From: Spirochaetota bacterium
GTDB taxonomy: Bacteria; Spirochaetota; UBA4802; UBA5550
Direction of reading: 5' to 3'
Length of the DNA: 64,000 nt
NCBI GenBank assembly: GCA_963664815.2
Contig: CAXXHB010000003.1
Span: 2,688,001 to 2,752,000 of the forward strand
The notes beneath the pieces were generated by a model that was not told the DNA's origin, did not search any database, and worked only from the letters and a program-made list of their open reading frames with translations. Positions 1 through 11,713 of this stretch are shown here, piece by piece; the stretch's first letter is position 1; each line of letters starts with the position of its first letter. A program made the position numbers and the translations under genes.

Positions 1-2724
1 ACCTCCCGCATCACCGCCTTCCGGTCCAAGGTCTATTACATGATCTGCAGTCTTTATAACATCGAGGTTATGTTCAATTACAATAACAGTATTTCCCTTA
101 TCCACAAGTGAGTTCAGAACCTCAATAAGCTTTTTTATATCATCAAAATGAAGACCGGTAGTAGGCTCGTCAAGGATATAAACTGTTTTACCCGTAGCTC
201 TTTTGGAAAGCTCAGTAGCCAGTTTAATCCTCTGGGCTTCACCGCCCGACAAAGTTGTTGCAGGCTGGCCAAGCTTGACATAACCAAGCCCTACCCTCTG
301 CAAAGTTTCAAGTTTTAAATTAACAGGGGATATATTTTCAAAAAATGGCACTGCTTCATCAACAGTCATATCAAGCACTTCAAAAATATTTTTACCCTTG
401 AACCTGACCTCCAGAGTTTCATGATTATATCTCTTCCCTTTACATACATCACAGGTAATATAAACATCAGGAAGAAAATGCATCTCAATTTTTTTTACTC
501 CGTCACCTTCACATGTTTCACATCTCCCCCCTGAAACGTTAAAGGAAAATCTTCCAGACTTATAACCCCGCACCTTCGATTCAGGCAGCCTGGCAAAAAG
601 TTCACGGATAGGGGTGAAGAGACCGGTATAAGTTGCCGGATTTGATCTCGGAGTACGCCCAATGGGTGACTGATCTATATCTATTACCTTATCAATATGC
701 TCCAATCCGTAGATTTCGTCAAAAGAACCTGGATACTCTTTTGATTTCATCACAAGCGAGGATAGTGCCTTATAGAGAATCTCAATAACCAATGAAGATT
801 TTCCAGAGCCTGATACTCCCGTTACCGCAGTAAAAACTGCCAAAGGAAAGTCAACATTCACATTCTTTAAATTATTTTCACGAGCACCTTTTAAGCTGAT
901 ATGCTTTTCTGCTTTTCTCCTTGAAACAGGAACAGGTATTGATTTAATCCCTGATAGATAATTTCCCGTTAAAGATCTGCTGCATGTTTTAATCTCTTCC
1001 GGTGTACCTTCGGCTACAATATGTCCTCCTTCAACACCGGCACCAGGCCCCATATCGACAACGTAATCCGCCTGCATAATTGTATCCTCATCATGTTCAA
1101 CAACAAGTACAGTATTGCCTATATCACGAAGATACTTAAGAGTTTTCATCAGTCTTTCATTATCCCGCTGGTGGAGTCCAATACTCGGTTCGTCAAGAAC
1201 ATAAAGCACCCCTGTTAGAGCAGAGCCGATCTGTGTAGCCAGCCTTATTCGCTGCGATTCACCTCCGGATAATGTCCCTGCGGCCCTTTCAAGAGTCAGG
1301 TATTCGATACCGACATCATTAAGGAATTTAAGCCTAGTTCTTATCTCTTTAAGTATCTGTTCCGCAATCTTATGCTCTGTGGAATTGAGTTCTATATTAC
1401 TGAAAAAATTATATGAATCCCGGATAGACATTGATGAGACTTCATCTATACAGCGGTCGGCAACTTTTACAGATAAGCTTTCGGGACGAAGTCTTTTACC
1501 TCTGCAGGCCGTACAGGTGTTGTTTGCCATGTACTTTTCCATCCATATCCGCATATCTTCTGAATTTGTCTCTTTATATCTTCTCTCAAGATTTGGAAGT
1601 ACTCCTTCAAATGATCTTGAGAATTTAAATTCAGATTCACTTCTTTTAACATTATAATTTACTTTTTCCTTTCCGGAACCGTATAGAATAACATTTTTAA
1701 TTTTTTCCGGAAGATCTTTCCATGGTGTATCAGGTTTGAAATTTAAACTTTTTGCAAGTGCCTGTACTGTTTCAAGGTACCAGTAGCTTGTAGTCTTACC
1801 CCACACCTCCAGTACACCCTCATTAAGGGATTTCTCGGGATCGGATACAATTCGTTCAGGATCAAACTGCATTATAAATCCAAGTCCGTCACATTCAGGA
1901 CATGCGCCATAAGGAGTATTAAATGAAAACATCCTTGGAGACAGCTCAGACATTGAGATTCCACATTCAGAGCATGACAACTGAGTTGAGAAGATAAGTT
2001 CCTTTTCATCAGTGATTACAATAATTAATCCGCCGCTTAGATCCATTGCTGTTTCTATTGATTCCGCAAGTCTTGGCCTGATTCCATCTTTAATTACCAG
2101 CCTGTCAACGACAATCTCTATGGTATGTTTTTTCTGTTTTTCAAGAACTATATCTTCTTCAACGGTGCGGAACTCTCCATCAATTCTGAGCCGGACAAAA
2201 CCTTTTTTACGCACTTCATCAATATAGTCAGCATGCTCCCCTTTTTTCCCGCGTACAAGCGGTGCAAGAATCTGACACTTTGTATTTTTTTTAAAAGTAA
2301 GAACAGATTCGACAATCTGGTCTATAGATTGCGAAGATATTTTTTTACCGCAATTATAACAATAGGGCACACCTATTCTCGCATAAAGGAGCCTGAAATA
2401 ATCATAAATCTCGGTAACTGTCCCTACTGTTGAGCGGGGATTCCGGTGAGTTGTTTTCTGTTCAATGGAAATCGCAGGTGAAAGCCCGTCAATGAAATCG
2501 ACATCAGGCTTTTCCATCAATCCGAGAAACTGTCTGGCATAGGAAGATAGTGATTCCACATATCTTCTCTGCCCCTCTGCATAAATCGTATCAAATGCAA
2601 GCGACGATTTACCCGATCCGGATAAACCGGTTATGACAACAAGCTTATCTCTCGGTATCTCAAGTGAAATGTTTTTTAAATTATGCTCCCGCGCTCCCTT
2701 GATTACAATTTTTCTATCTTTCAT
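1..2724 (-). CDS. uvrA: Excinuclease ABC subunit A (3' end runs off the window)
   Basis: Manual translation from ATG at 2724 gives [66 protein letters not shown]; the window edge reads [11 protein letters not shown]; two ABC modules present. Absent from the ORF track because there is no stop in the window. Confidence 0.98.
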   Translation of the reverse strand, partial: MKDRKIVIKGAREHNLKNISLEIPRDKLVVITGLSGSGKSSLAFDTIYAEGQRRYVESLSSYARQFLGLMEKPDVDFIDGLSPAISIEQKTTHRNPRSTVGTVTEIYDYFRLLYARIGVPYCYNCGKKISSQSIDQIVESVLTFKKNTKCQILAPLVRGKKGEHADYIDEVRKKGFVRLRIDGEFRTVEEDIVLEKQKKHTIEIVVDRLVIKDGIRPRLAESIETAMDLSGGLIIVITDEKELIFSTQLSCSECGISMSELSPRMFSFNTPYGACPECDGLGFIMQFDPERIVSDPEKSLNEGVLEVWGKTTSYWYLETVQALAKSLNFKPDTPWKDLPEKIKNVILYGSGKEKVNYNVKRSESEFKFSRSFEGVLPNLERRYKETNSEDMRIWMEKYMANNTCTACRGKRLRPESLSVKVADRCIDEVSSMSIRDSYNFFSNIELNSTEHKIAEQILKEIRTRLKFLNDVGIEYLTLERAAGTLSGGESQRIRLATQIGSALTGVLYVLDEPSIGLHQRDNERLMKTLKYLRDIGNTVLVVEHDEDTIMQADYVVDMGPGAGVEGGHIVAEGTPEEIKTCSRSLTGNYLSGIKSIPVPVSRRKAEKHISLKGARENNLKNVNVDFPLAVFTAVTGVSGSGKSSLVIEILYKALSSLVMKSKEYPGSFDEIYGLEHIDKVIDIDQSPIGRTPRSNPATYTGLFTPIRELFARLPESKVRGYKSGRFSFNVSGGRCETCEGDGVKKIEMHFLPDVYITCDVCKGKRYNHETLEVRFKGKNIFEVLDMTVDEAVPFFENISPVNLKLETLQRVGLGYVKLGQPATTLSGGEAQRIKLATELSKRATGKTVYILDEPTTGLHFDDIKKLIEVLNSLVDKGNTVIVIEHNLDVIKTADHVIDLGPEGGDAGG

Positions 2725-3011
2725 ATCAGAGTAATATTGATTGAGCCGCACATAGGGCAGACAATATCTCTCTCCATATCCTCTTCAATATCATGTTTTT
2801 TCCTTACAAGTATGTCATCCCATCTATAATCACAATCTTCACAGGCATAACTTATATGAACCTTCCTCTCGCCTACTTCTCCATAAGAATCATCATCATC
2901 ATCGAGGAAATCATCAGAATCTTTCAATTCTTCTTCATCGTAGTTATCATCATAATAATCATCTTCGTATACTTGATCGTCTAAATCTTTTTCCATATAA
3001 TCGTCGGCCAT
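2721..3011 (-). CDS. Small highly acidic zinc-ribbon protein (CEDC...CPMC)
   Basis: Likely start MADDY at 3011 with AAGGA RBS upstream; D/E-rich N-half; two CxxC pairs; stop overlaps the uvrA start (ATGA). Confidence 0.8.
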   Translation of the reverse strand: MADDYMEKDLDDQVYEDDYYDDNYDEEELKDSDDFLDDDDDSYGEVGERKVHISYACEDCDYRWDDILVRKKHDIEEDMERDIVCPMCGSINITLI

Positions 3012-3132
3012 ATCACTACCATCCTTTTCTGATGATTTTGTCTTTTTCTGACATCTGCCTGACAATTGCATGGCAGATGCGCTGTGAATACCAAAAAAAA
3101 GAGGTGTTTATTTGTCAAAATGTTTTACAGAC

Positions 3133-3771
3133 TTATTTAAAAATTTTTGGTTCGATCTCCTTTATTTTTTCTACTGAATTTATAGGCATTACCTCTATTT
3201 CGTTTATTTTCTTTGAAGTAATTATAATATCCCATATCCCCCAATTACCAAATTTACCTGAATACTCATGTATAATAATATCAAATTTCCCCGGGTAAGA
3301 CAAATCAAATGGGATTGATACTTCAAATAATTTATTATCCGACATGCAATCTGTAGTAGCGATTCCGACAAGACGTTTATTACCATAGATGTCCCTTATA
3401 AAAATTTTAAGTTTTGTATTGAATGGCACATTTTTCTGATTATAGCGAAGAAAATCGAAGTATATTTTATAAAAAAGTTCTCTTTTATACCCGCTTACTG
3501 GTATAATGCTTGGATTGCTTGTTATGAAAAAAGCTTTATTATCAACTACTGGTGGAGCATCAGGCATAAGTACAAGATGAGAATTATATGCCCAGTTTTC
3601 AGCTTCTTTAAAATCAACACTTTCAGCAGGTACATCACCTTTATCAGTTTTATTATTGATACTATTAATTATAATAGTATCACTTTCAAAACTATTCTGA
3701 GGATATATAAATTCCGACATAAGTAGAATAAAGGCCGGCATCATGAAGTAAATAATACATTTTCTGAACAT
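3133..3771 (-). CDS. Hypothetical exported protein
   Basis: 212-aa ORF with hydrophobic N-terminal signal-like segment and a beta-rich remainder. Confidence 0.7.
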   Translation of the reverse strand: MFRKCIIYFMMPAFILLMSEFIYPQNSFESDTIIINSINNKTDKGDVPAESVDFKEAENWAYNSHLVLMPDAPPVVDNKAFFITSNPSIIPVSGYKRELFYKIYFDFLRYNQKNVPFNTKLKIFIRDIYGNKRLVGIATTDCMSDNKLFEVSIPFDLSYPGKFDIIIHEYSGKFGNWGIWDIIITSKKINEIEVMPINSVEKIKEIEPKIFK

Positions 3772-3837
3772 AAAACCTTATCGGCGCCTGCACTTTATTA
3801 TTTTTTAAATAAAAAACCCAGTCTGAAACAAATTCCT

Positions 3838-4395
3838 TTACCTGATAAGATTCATAACCTTTTCAGCGTCGAGTTTGGATATATTATCAAAACCCGCAGG
3901 TGTTTTCTTTAATGTTTCATTTACTCCAGCCATAATGGTTTCAATTTTTTTACTTCCAGCCAGATCTGAAGCAACAATATTATCCATCTCCACCTGAATT
4001 TTTGTAAGAGTATTAATATCTTTATTAATTAAAGTATTTATTTCACTTTTTTTTGATTCAAGTTCCTGCGGAGTAAAAGTTGTTCCAACATATTCTTTTA
4101 ATATCTTATTACCGTTAAACCTGGTCTCATTCAGTATAATTTCAGCATCGACAGAAGATGGAGCTGATGACAACTGGTCAATACCTTCACGCATAATCTG
4201 ATTTTTTGTTAGAGAGGTCTGAATATCTTTTACTTCTTTGCCAAGTGATTCAATTCTTGAATTTAATATTCTGCTGATATTAACTGAATCATATTTCTGA
4301 CTTTTTGTATCCTGTTTCAGTTCTGTTTCTTCAGTTTTTTTCTTATTATTAATCTTCTGAGCGGATCCCAGAAGACCTTCGGCAGTTATTTTCAT
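3838..4395 (-). CDS. Helical protein with a flagellin-like motif
   Basis: 185-aa coiled-coil ORF; ILNETRFNGNKIL resembles the flagellin N-terminal T(K/R)FNG motif; GGAAGG RBS. Confidence 0.7.
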   Translation of the reverse strand: MKITAEGLLGSAQKINNKKKTEETELKQDTKSQKYDSVNISRILNSRIESLGKEVKDIQTSLTKNQIMREGIDQLSSAPSSVDAEIILNETRFNGNKILKEYVGTTFTPQELESKKSEINTLINKDINTLTKIQVEMDNIVASDLAGSKKIETIMAGVNETLKKTPAGFDNISKLDAEKVMNLIR

Positions 4396-4449
4396 TTTAC
4401 ACCTTCCATTGTGTCTTTTTTATATTTTTTTGATACTACTCCTCTTACA

Positions 4450-4478
4450 AATTTAACCAGGAGATTCTTATTTGTCAA
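4450..4478 (-). promoter_or_regulatory. Putative sigma-70 promoter for the 3838..4395 gene
   Basis: Minus strand TTGACA-N17-TAAATT. Confidence 0.55.
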
Positions 4479-4542
4479 TTATTTATGAACAAATTTATTC
4501 AAAAATCTATAAAAAGACAGCAAATGGTACCACTCAGATCTG

Positions 4543-7284
4543 TTACATATCCACTCTTTCCATTTTTATTGAAACCAGCTTTGAAACTCCCGGATCCTCC
4601 ATTGTGACTCCATAAATAGATTCACTTATGTTCATGGTCTTTTTATTATGTGTTACAATGATAAACTGAGTACTCCTTGAAAACTCTCTGAGCATCTTTA
4701 TAAATCTCTGTATATTCTGCTCATCAAGAGGTGCATCAATTTCGTCAAGAAAACAGAATGGAGATGGTTTTACCATATATGTCGCGAACAGAAGGGCAAT
4801 AGCAGTAAGTGCCCTCTCCCCTCCTGAAAGCAGATTTATATTTTTAAACTTCTTGCCGGGAGGCCTCACCATAATATCTATTCCACTATCAAGCACATTC
4901 TCCATATCAACCATCTCTAGAAAAGCTTCTCCACCCTCAAAAAGCCTTTTGAACATATCTGAAAAGTTTTTCTGAATATCGTTAAACGTGTTCATGAAAA
5001 GATCCACTGATGTCTTATTAATATCTTCTATAACTGAAATAATATCCTGTCGCGCCTTTTCTATATCACTCTTCTGTTCGATGTAATATTCAAACCTTTT
5101 CTTCAAATCGCGGAATTCCTGAATGGCAAGATTATTTATTGGTCCAAGATCCTGTATCTTTTTTTTCAACTCCTGTATTTCATTCTGAAATTCATTTGCC
5201 ATTGTCTCATTTATCCTTAGTTCTTTCAACTCGGATATTTTCTTCTCATACTCTGTCCAGAGATAATCCTGTATCCCATCTTTTTTAAATGAAAGTTCAA
5301 CCCCGGCCCTCTCCATTGTATTGATTTTTTCAAGAGCCTTGACAAGTTCCTCTTCATCTTTCCGTGATTCGGTTTTACGTTTTATTATATTGTTTTCAAT
5401 TTCACTTCTTCTGGAGACAAGTTCGCTGATACTCACTTTCAAAGCTTCACTCTTTTCGCTGAACTGAATTAGCCTGTCTTCCGATTCCTTAATTTCCTTA
5501 ACAAGCTCCTCAATCGCCTTATCTGCCCTAGTAATCTCTTCGTTAAAGTTCTCTATCTGTTTCTTTATATCATCAATCTGATGTGTAAGTGATACAAGCT
5601 GCTTCTCAATCCAGTTGCTGTCATTCTCATACCGCGCGATATCACGCTCAATCCTTGTTATCATCGTGTTTATGTTTTCAAGTTCACGCTGCTCATTCTG
5701 TATAAACTCATCAAGGAGAGTATTGTTCCCCCTCAGCTCATCAATTTCGAGTACAAGCTCCCTTATACGTTTATCGAGGTTTTCTTTATCTGCGTGTATA
5801 CCTGTCTTATCAAAAAGTATTGACCGGAAACCGTCTTCATAGCTTTCGAATTTATCAATGTTATCCTTAAGGCTTTTAATGTTTATCTTTTCAAGGAACA
5901 TCCAGGCCCGGTCAAATGCTTTTAGTTTAAGTTCATCAACTGCATTGTTCAGATCCATCTCTATCTGACTTAATTCATTCTCAATGAGGCGCTTTACGTC
6001 CTCTCTCTCATGCTCTGAGTCTTCAAGCTCTATTTTTCTTTTTTCAATGGCATCAACAAGTTTTTTTATTACAACCTCAAGAGCCTCCCTCAATTTTTTA
6101 AGAGATGATTCATTATCTCTTATTTTTCTGTTATTCTCTTCAATTTTATCCCTTGAACCATGAATTGAATCTATCTTCTTTTTTCTGCTTTCAAAAAACT
6201 CGGAGAGTTTTCTTTTATCTTCAGCCATCTTTTCCTTAAGATCTGAAGCATTCTCTTCATTCTTCTTTTTTTCAGTGATTAGACGTTCAAGACTTTCCCC
6301 TCTCTCTTCAAGCTTTCTGACTGTGCCCTTCTTCCTGCCCTGATGTTCCTCGACGAGCCGTCTGTTCTTTTCAGTAGTTAAATCGATAGTTTCCCTTCTT
6401 ACTCTGTAAGCATCAAGTTTCTTCTCTATTTCGAACAACTGATATTGAAGATCGTTTTTCTTTTTCTCATCTTTTTCATTTTCTGCAGATGTCGTGGAAA
6501 CTCTGCCTACAATTTCTTCTCTCTCTTTCTGAAGCTTATCAATATCAGTCTGGTTCTTTTCAAACTTTTTTACTATCTCCCTGAATTTAATGATGTTAAG
6601 TTTTATGTCAAGGTCGGAAAGTTTTCCTTTAAGGTTAAGAAACTCCTTTGTTTTCTCAGCCTGTTTCGATTTAAGTTCTTTTTCTCTCTCTATCTCTTTA
6701 ATAATATCATTCAGACGATTAAGATTCTCTCCGGTGTCCTGTAATTTCTTAAGTGATTCTTTTTTCTGCATTTTGTAACGTGAAATTCCCGCCGCTTCCT
6801 CGAATAAGTACCTTCGATCTTCTGCTTTAGTGGACAGGATAAGATCCATCTTCCCCTGTTCGAGAACAGAGTAAGCCGATTTTCCAATTCCTGTATCCAT
6901 AAAAAGTTTATCAATATCCTTAAGTCTTACGGGAGATTTATTTATCAGATATTCAGATTCACCGTCACGAAAGATACGTCTGCTGACAGTAACGCTGTCA
7001 GAATCAAAATCGAGTATTCTGTTTGTGTTATCTATTGTAAGAGCCACCTCCGCAAGAGACAGAGCCTTACGCTGATCGGTACCGGAGAAGATAATATCCT
7101 CCATAGTCTGCCCGCGGATATTCTTTGCCTGTTTTTCACCAAGTACCCATTTTACAGCATCTACTACATTCGATTTACCACATCCGTTAGGGCCGACAAT
7201 GGCCGTAATTCCAGATTCAAACTCAACATGAGTTTTATCCGCAAATGATTTGAAACCGAACATGTCCATTGACTTAAGAAACAT
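4543..7284 (-). CDS. smc: Chromosome segregation protein Smc (short, spirochaete type)
   Basis: GFKSF, Walker A GPNGCGKSN, signature LSGGE, Walker B/D-loop PFCFLDEIDAPLD, long coiled coils. Confidence 0.96.
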   Translation of the reverse strand: MFLKSMDMFGFKSFADKTHVEFESGITAIVGPNGCGKSNVVDAVKWVLGEKQAKNIRGQTMEDIIFSGTDQRKALSLAEVALTIDNTNRILDFDSDSVTVSRRIFRDGESEYLINKSPVRLKDIDKLFMDTGIGKSAYSVLEQGKMDLILSTKAEDRRYLFEEAAGISRYKMQKKESLKKLQDTGENLNRLNDIIKEIEREKELKSKQAEKTKEFLNLKGKLSDLDIKLNIIKFREIVKKFEKNQTDIDKLQKEREEIVGRVSTTSAENEKDEKKKNDLQYQLFEIEKKLDAYRVRRETIDLTTEKNRRLVEEHQGRKKGTVRKLEERGESLERLITEKKKNEENASDLKEKMAEDKRKLSEFFESRKKKIDSIHGSRDKIEENNRKIRDNESSLKKLREALEVVIKKLVDAIEKRKIELEDSEHEREDVKRLIENELSQIEMDLNNAVDELKLKAFDRAWMFLEKINIKSLKDNIDKFESYEDGFRSILFDKTGIHADKENLDKRIRELVLEIDELRGNNTLLDEFIQNEQRELENINTMITRIERDIARYENDSNWIEKQLVSLTHQIDDIKKQIENFNEEITRADKAIEELVKEIKESEDRLIQFSEKSEALKVSISELVSRRSEIENNIIKRKTESRKDEEELVKALEKINTMERAGVELSFKKDGIQDYLWTEYEKKISELKELRINETMANEFQNEIQELKKKIQDLGPINNLAIQEFRDLKKRFEYYIEQKSDIEKARQDIISVIEDINKTSVDLFMNTFNDIQKNFSDMFKRLFEGGEAFLEMVDMENVLDSGIDIMVRPPGKKFKNINLLSGGERALTAIALLFATYMVKPSPFCFLDEIDAPLDEQNIQRFIKMLREFSRSTQFIIVTHNKKTMNISESIYGVTMEDPGVSKLVSIKMERVDM

Positions 7285-7684
7285 ATATCCACTTTTTTAT
7301 TAGCTGAATTTTTTAAACATTTGATTTTATAATGAAGAAACCGGACAAAAATCCGTTGACCTGTATTAATTATCAGAAAAACACACGAATGATACTTAAA
7401 AATAAATACACTTCTTTAAGCAAGAAGATTTTTACAGCCAGTTTAAAAAATTAACCCGTCAAAACAGTAAAAAGAGCCTAATTTTTATTGAGCTAAACTA
7501 AAAATAGAGTTGAATTATAAAAAAACGATTTATAAAAAATAATCAATCATTATTTTTATATTTACATTACTTTTAGTTTAGCTCAGTCATATTTTCTTAA
7601 CAGTCAAAATAACACACAGAATTTGCTTATTGACACATTAAATATATATTCTTTTTAACTGAAACAATTAAAAAAGAGGATAGG

Positions 7685-8842
7685 ATGAACATAGGTATTA
7701 TTATTTTTATAGTGATTACTGCAATTGTTTTTATTGCAATATCGGCAATTTATTATGCAGGCAGAAAGGGTGTTAAGCCACTGCGTAAAATAATTGAAGA
7801 CATTAATGAAATTACATCAACATCCGACTTAAAAAAAAGAATTATTGTTGATTCCACCAGTGATATCAACAAACTGGCCGCGAACTTCAACAGTCTCATG
7901 AATCACACAACAGGTATATTACGGCAGATTGATGATATATCTCTTAAGCTGGCCGCATCATCTACCGGGCTTTCATATATAAGCTCAACATTCAAAGACA
8001 CTACGCAGACTCAGGCCACAAGCTCAAACGAAATTTTAAGTCTAATCGGTCATATTACCGACCTGATTAATACAATTGCACGACTTTCAAGCGAACAGCT
8101 TGAAATATTCATTTCACAACGTCAGCTAATTGGAGATCTTTACAGCGGAATAACAAGAGTTAACGAGCAATCCGACAAAACCATGACTCTCTCAGTTGAT
8201 GTTTCTGCCAAGGCAAAGAATGGAGAGATATCATTATCCACCATGAACGAAAGCATGTCAAGAGTAAAGGAGAGTTCCAATGATATGGTTAAGATCATTG
8301 AAATAATAAATGATATTTCTGACAGGATAAATCTTCTCTCCCTAAATGCTTCGATTGAAGCTGCAAGAGCCGGGGATGCCGGGAGAGGGTTTGCTGTCGT
8401 CGCAGAGGAGATATCCAAGCTTGCAGACCAGACCGCTACCAGCACAAAGAATATAGATTCTCTGATTAAAGTTAATAATGATGAGATATCCCGAGAAATA
8501 CAGAATATTAATTCAACTACAAAAATACTTACGGAGATTATTGACGGTGTTGAAAATATGAAAAAGGAGGTTGAGGATATTCAGGTTTCCACAAGGGAAC
8601 AGAAAATAATTGCAGAAAAAGTAAGGAACAACGCAGGTAATATTTATTCACGGGCGGAAAACATAAATACAACAGCCACAGCTCAAAAAAATGAAGTCGA
8701 TCTCATCGGACATTCTGTGGATACAATAGGAGAACAGACAACAGCTGTAATTGCCGGTTCAGAAGAGATAGCTGCAAATTCAGCGGATATCGCCGGAATG
8801 GCAAATCAGCTCAGAGATAAACTTTCACAATTTAAAATTTGA
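7685..8842 (+). CDS. Methyl-accepting chemotaxis protein (TM-HAMP-MCP signal)
   Basis: [33 protein letters not shown] hairpin motif; one N-terminal TM segment. Confidence 0.93.
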   Translation: MNIGIIIFIVITAIVFIAISAIYYAGRKGVKPLRKIIEDINEITSTSDLKKRIIVDSTSDINKLAANFNSLMNHTTGILRQIDDISLKLAASSTGLSYISSTFKDTTQTQATSSNEILSLIGHITDLINTIARLSSEQLEIFISQRQLIGDLYSGITRVNEQSDKTMTLSVDVSAKAKNGEISLSTMNESMSRVKESSNDMVKIIEIINDISDRINLLSLNASIEAARAGDAGRGFAVVAEEISKLADQTATSTKNIDSLIKVNNDEISREIQNINSTTKILTEIIDGVENMKKEVEDIQVSTREQKIIAEKVRNNAGNIYSRAENINTTATAQKNEVDLIGHSVDTIGEQTTAVIAGSEEIAANSADIAGMANQLRDKLSQFKI

Positions 8843-8904
8843 GTTTTCTATAATAAAAGTATAATAAAAAAGCACGGGAATTACTAGTGGATTAAATCAT
8901 TATT

Positions 8905-9990
8905 CTAAAAAGCTTCTTTTGCCAATATATATATATTTAAATCACCATTATCATTATAACCGACATCGAGTCTTGCGTTTATATGCTCGTCAGTATCCAA
9001 TATAAATCTCAACCCTCCTCCCCCGGTATAATGCAGATCGCCGATATTATACTCGGGAAGAGAATTCTGAACTTCTCCGGTTCCTGCAAATAATACACCT
9101 GCAATTCTCCATACCAGAGGAAATCTGTACTCAGCCTGAACAGCAATACTGCTTTTATCAATATATCTGTTTTCCAGCAAGCCACGCATCATCATGTCCC
9201 CCCCTATACCGCAGAGAGACTGCAGAGGTACTGTTCCAAAAGTATATCCAGATGTAACCTGCAAAGCCAGAACATGATCCCCTGTAATACCATAATAATA
9301 ACTGCCATCTAATGTATGCTTCGAATAACTAAACTCACTGAGTACTTCATCTCTTTGAAAAATGCTCCTGGCCTTCAGATAAATACCTTCCGTGGGGTAA
9401 AAAATACTGTTCCTTGTGTCAAACTGAACTGACAGTCCTGCTCCCACTTCATTCAAACCATTTTTACCAGGAATATCACTTTCCCGGAGAAGACCATTCT
9501 TCTTCTTATATTTAACTACACTATGCATCATGTGTAATGCAGGTCCGATATATAATCCATCTATAAAACAATATTGAAATGCCAGATCACACCATAAATC
9601 CTTTGACCTGTAATTTTCTTCAGCTTTTGCCGCAGTATCTGGCCCGATCCCCCAGAAAGAAGATAAATCTTTATTAAATTCTCCCGAACCGGAAAGCTTA
9701 AACTTTCCCCCTCCCAGAAAAATTTCATTTTCAAGACCAAGGGTAAACTGCTTTTTCTGTGTGCATTGGGTATAAAATGTAAATTCATCCGGAGTATCAA
9801 AATCTCCGTTGATTTCATTTTTATAAGAAGTCACAATATAAGCTCCCAGGCCAACACCAGTATCCGGCGTATAGTATGGAGCTATTATCGGAACAATATT
9901 CCATTTGTCATTTTCATCATCCCGGGCTGATAATGATCCAGCTGATATAATAAAAATCGAAACAGCAGCTATTGCTAAAAAAATTCTCAT
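8905..9990 (-). CDS. BamA/TamA-family (Omp85-like) outer-membrane beta-barrel protein
   Basis: Signal peptide from MRIFLAIAA (ATG at 9990); PYYTPDTG, FDTRNSIFYPTEG, MRG, EYRFP, GGGLRF motifs; C-terminal F. Confidence 0.85.
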   Translation of the reverse strand: MRIFLAIAAVSIFIISAGSLSARDDENDKWNIVPIIAPYYTPDTGVGLGAYIVTSYKNEINGDFDTPDEFTFYTQCTQKKQFTLGLENEIFLGGGKFKLSGSGEFNKDLSSFWGIGPDTAAKAEENYRSKDLWCDLAFQYCFIDGLYIGPALHMMHSVVKYKKKNGLLRESDIPGKNGLNEVGAGLSVQFDTRNSIFYPTEGIYLKARSIFQRDEVLSEFSYSKHTLDGSYYYGITGDHVLALQVTSGYTFGTVPLQSLCGIGGDMMMRGLLENRYIDKSSIAVQAEYRFPLVWRIAGVLFAGTGEVQNSLPEYNIGDLHYTGGGGLRFILDTDEHINARLDVGYNDNGDLNIYILAKEAF

Positions 9991-10180
9991 GACACATATG
10001 TCAATTAAAGTACTATTTTTTACAACTATAATTAAACACACCTTAATTAGAATTCTGCCAAAATTTTTAAATACATAAATAAATATTTTCTAAAATTTAA
10101 ATATTGCTGGACTAAAATTCTAATTTTTCAATTTCTTTGTATTATTAATTCTTAAAACTTAAATAAAGTGAATACAGATA

Positions 10181-11446
10181 ATGCAATCAGAAAAGTTCAA
10201 AGACATAATTGCCTCAACAAGACAGGATATGCTTACATTACTCCGGAAAACCATACAAATTCCAAGCATTAGCGGTAACGAAAAAGAATTAACAGAATTT
10301 ATCCGTTACTGGAGCGGGCTCAAAGGACTTGAGACTGATCTTTTTGAAATAGATCCTGCCGGCTTATACAGATTTTACCTGACTCAGCCGAAACATATCC
10401 CATTTCATGAAAGGCCGGCCCTTGTCGTAAAATTACAAGGAAATGTAAAAAAAAGAAACCTGATATTCAATGCACATACGGATACAGTCTCTGTTGGTGA
10501 AAAAAACCACTGGAAAAAAGATCCATTTTCAGGTGAATATTCAGATGGAAATATATATGGACGTGGTGCTTGTGATACGAAGGGTGCTCTTGTATCAGCA
10601 TTATGGTCAATGTATGTGATAAGTATATCTATACCTGAAAACGACAGAGGAGATATTTTTCTTGAACTGATCCCGGGGGAAGAGGACTGCGTCGGTCTTG
10701 GTACGCTTGGTTGTATAAGCCGTGGCTACAAAGCTGACGCCTCAATAATACTTGAGCCAACCGAGAGTCTTCCCAGATGTGCATCAAGAGGGGGTCTGAG
10801 ATTCAGAATAACTGCACACGGAAAAGCAATTCATGGAACAGTCAAATGGCTTGGAACTGATTCAATAAAAAGCATAAGAAAAATTCTTAACACCATTGAT
10901 CAACTAGAAAACCGCTGGAATGATCGCAAAGCTGATCCGCTCTTCGATTCATATCCCATCGCACGTCCGGTAACTATTGACAAGGTAGAGGGGGGGCAAT
11001 GGCAGGGGATGGTCTGTGATAAATGTATCTGTGAAGGATACTTTGAACTCCTCCCTGACGATGAACTTGTTCAGTGGCAGACGAAGTTTACATCCGAATT
11101 AAAAGAGATGCTTCCTGATGAAAATATTGAAATTTCTTTCAGCGAGAATTATTACGGCCACAGAACCTCTCCAGACAGTGAACTCTGTCGCTATTCTGAA
11201 GAGTCTGTAAAAAATAATAATTCATATAATCATCTGATATGGAAGGGATGGTCAGCCTTCAACTCCGGATGCGAATCGGGGATAAGATCTCGATTACACG
11301 GCACGCCTACTATTGTCTGGGGGCCTGGATGCGTCACTGAAGCCCATTCGCCAAATGAGTTTGTCAGGTTTACAGATGTTGAACTATGTACAGAATTATT
11401 TACAAACACAGTTCTTAAGTGGGTCACCTGTGATAAAAATTCTTAG
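10181..11446 (+). CDS. M20 family amidohydrolase (ArgE/DapE-like)
   Basis: NAHTDTV, GRGACDTKG, GEE, EPT and AHSPNE metal-binding motifs. Confidence 0.9.
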   Translation: MQSEKFKDIIASTRQDMLTLLRKTIQIPSISGNEKELTEFIRYWSGLKGLETDLFEIDPAGLYRFYLTQPKHIPFHERPALVVKLQGNVKKRNLIFNAHTDTVSVGEKNHWKKDPFSGEYSDGNIYGRGACDTKGALVSALWSMYVISISIPENDRGDIFLELIPGEEDCVGLGTLGCISRGYKADASIILEPTESLPRCASRGGLRFRITAHGKAIHGTVKWLGTDSIKSIRKILNTIDQLENRWNDRKADPLFDSYPIARPVTIDKVEGGQWQGMVCDKCICEGYFELLPDDELVQWQTKFTSELKEMLPDENIEISFSENYYGHRTSPDSELCRYSEESVKNNNSYNHLIWKGWSAFNSGCESGIRSRLHGTPTIVWGPGCVTEAHSPNEFVRFTDVELCTELFTNTVLKWVTCDKNS

Positions 11447-11713
11447 GACATGCTGGATTTAACTACAACCTGAATACACATCGCAGTCTGATAAATATAT
11501 ATTAAAAATTTGCAGATCATTACAGCTTTCAATATTTAAGTTGACAGGTATTCGCATAATAATATGTTATCATCTTTTGAAAGAAAAAAATACTATATTA
11601 TTTACATTGGTTCAATTGTGCTTCTCAATTTTAAAAAGTCCCGCTAAGGGCAGACAGAGAAATAAAACAATTTTCTTGTAACATATCCAATATTTTTTTT
11701 AAGAGATAAAATA

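Noticed and set aside
1021-2433. Short ORFs listed in the first 2.5 kb
   Set aside because: Shadows of uvrA, which occupies the minus strand from 2724 to the window edge.
3778-3810. Sigma-28 promoter (GCCGATAA) upstream of 3133..3771
   Set aside because: The -10 matches, but TAAA is not at the 15-nt spacing and the box lies only 6 nt from the ATG.
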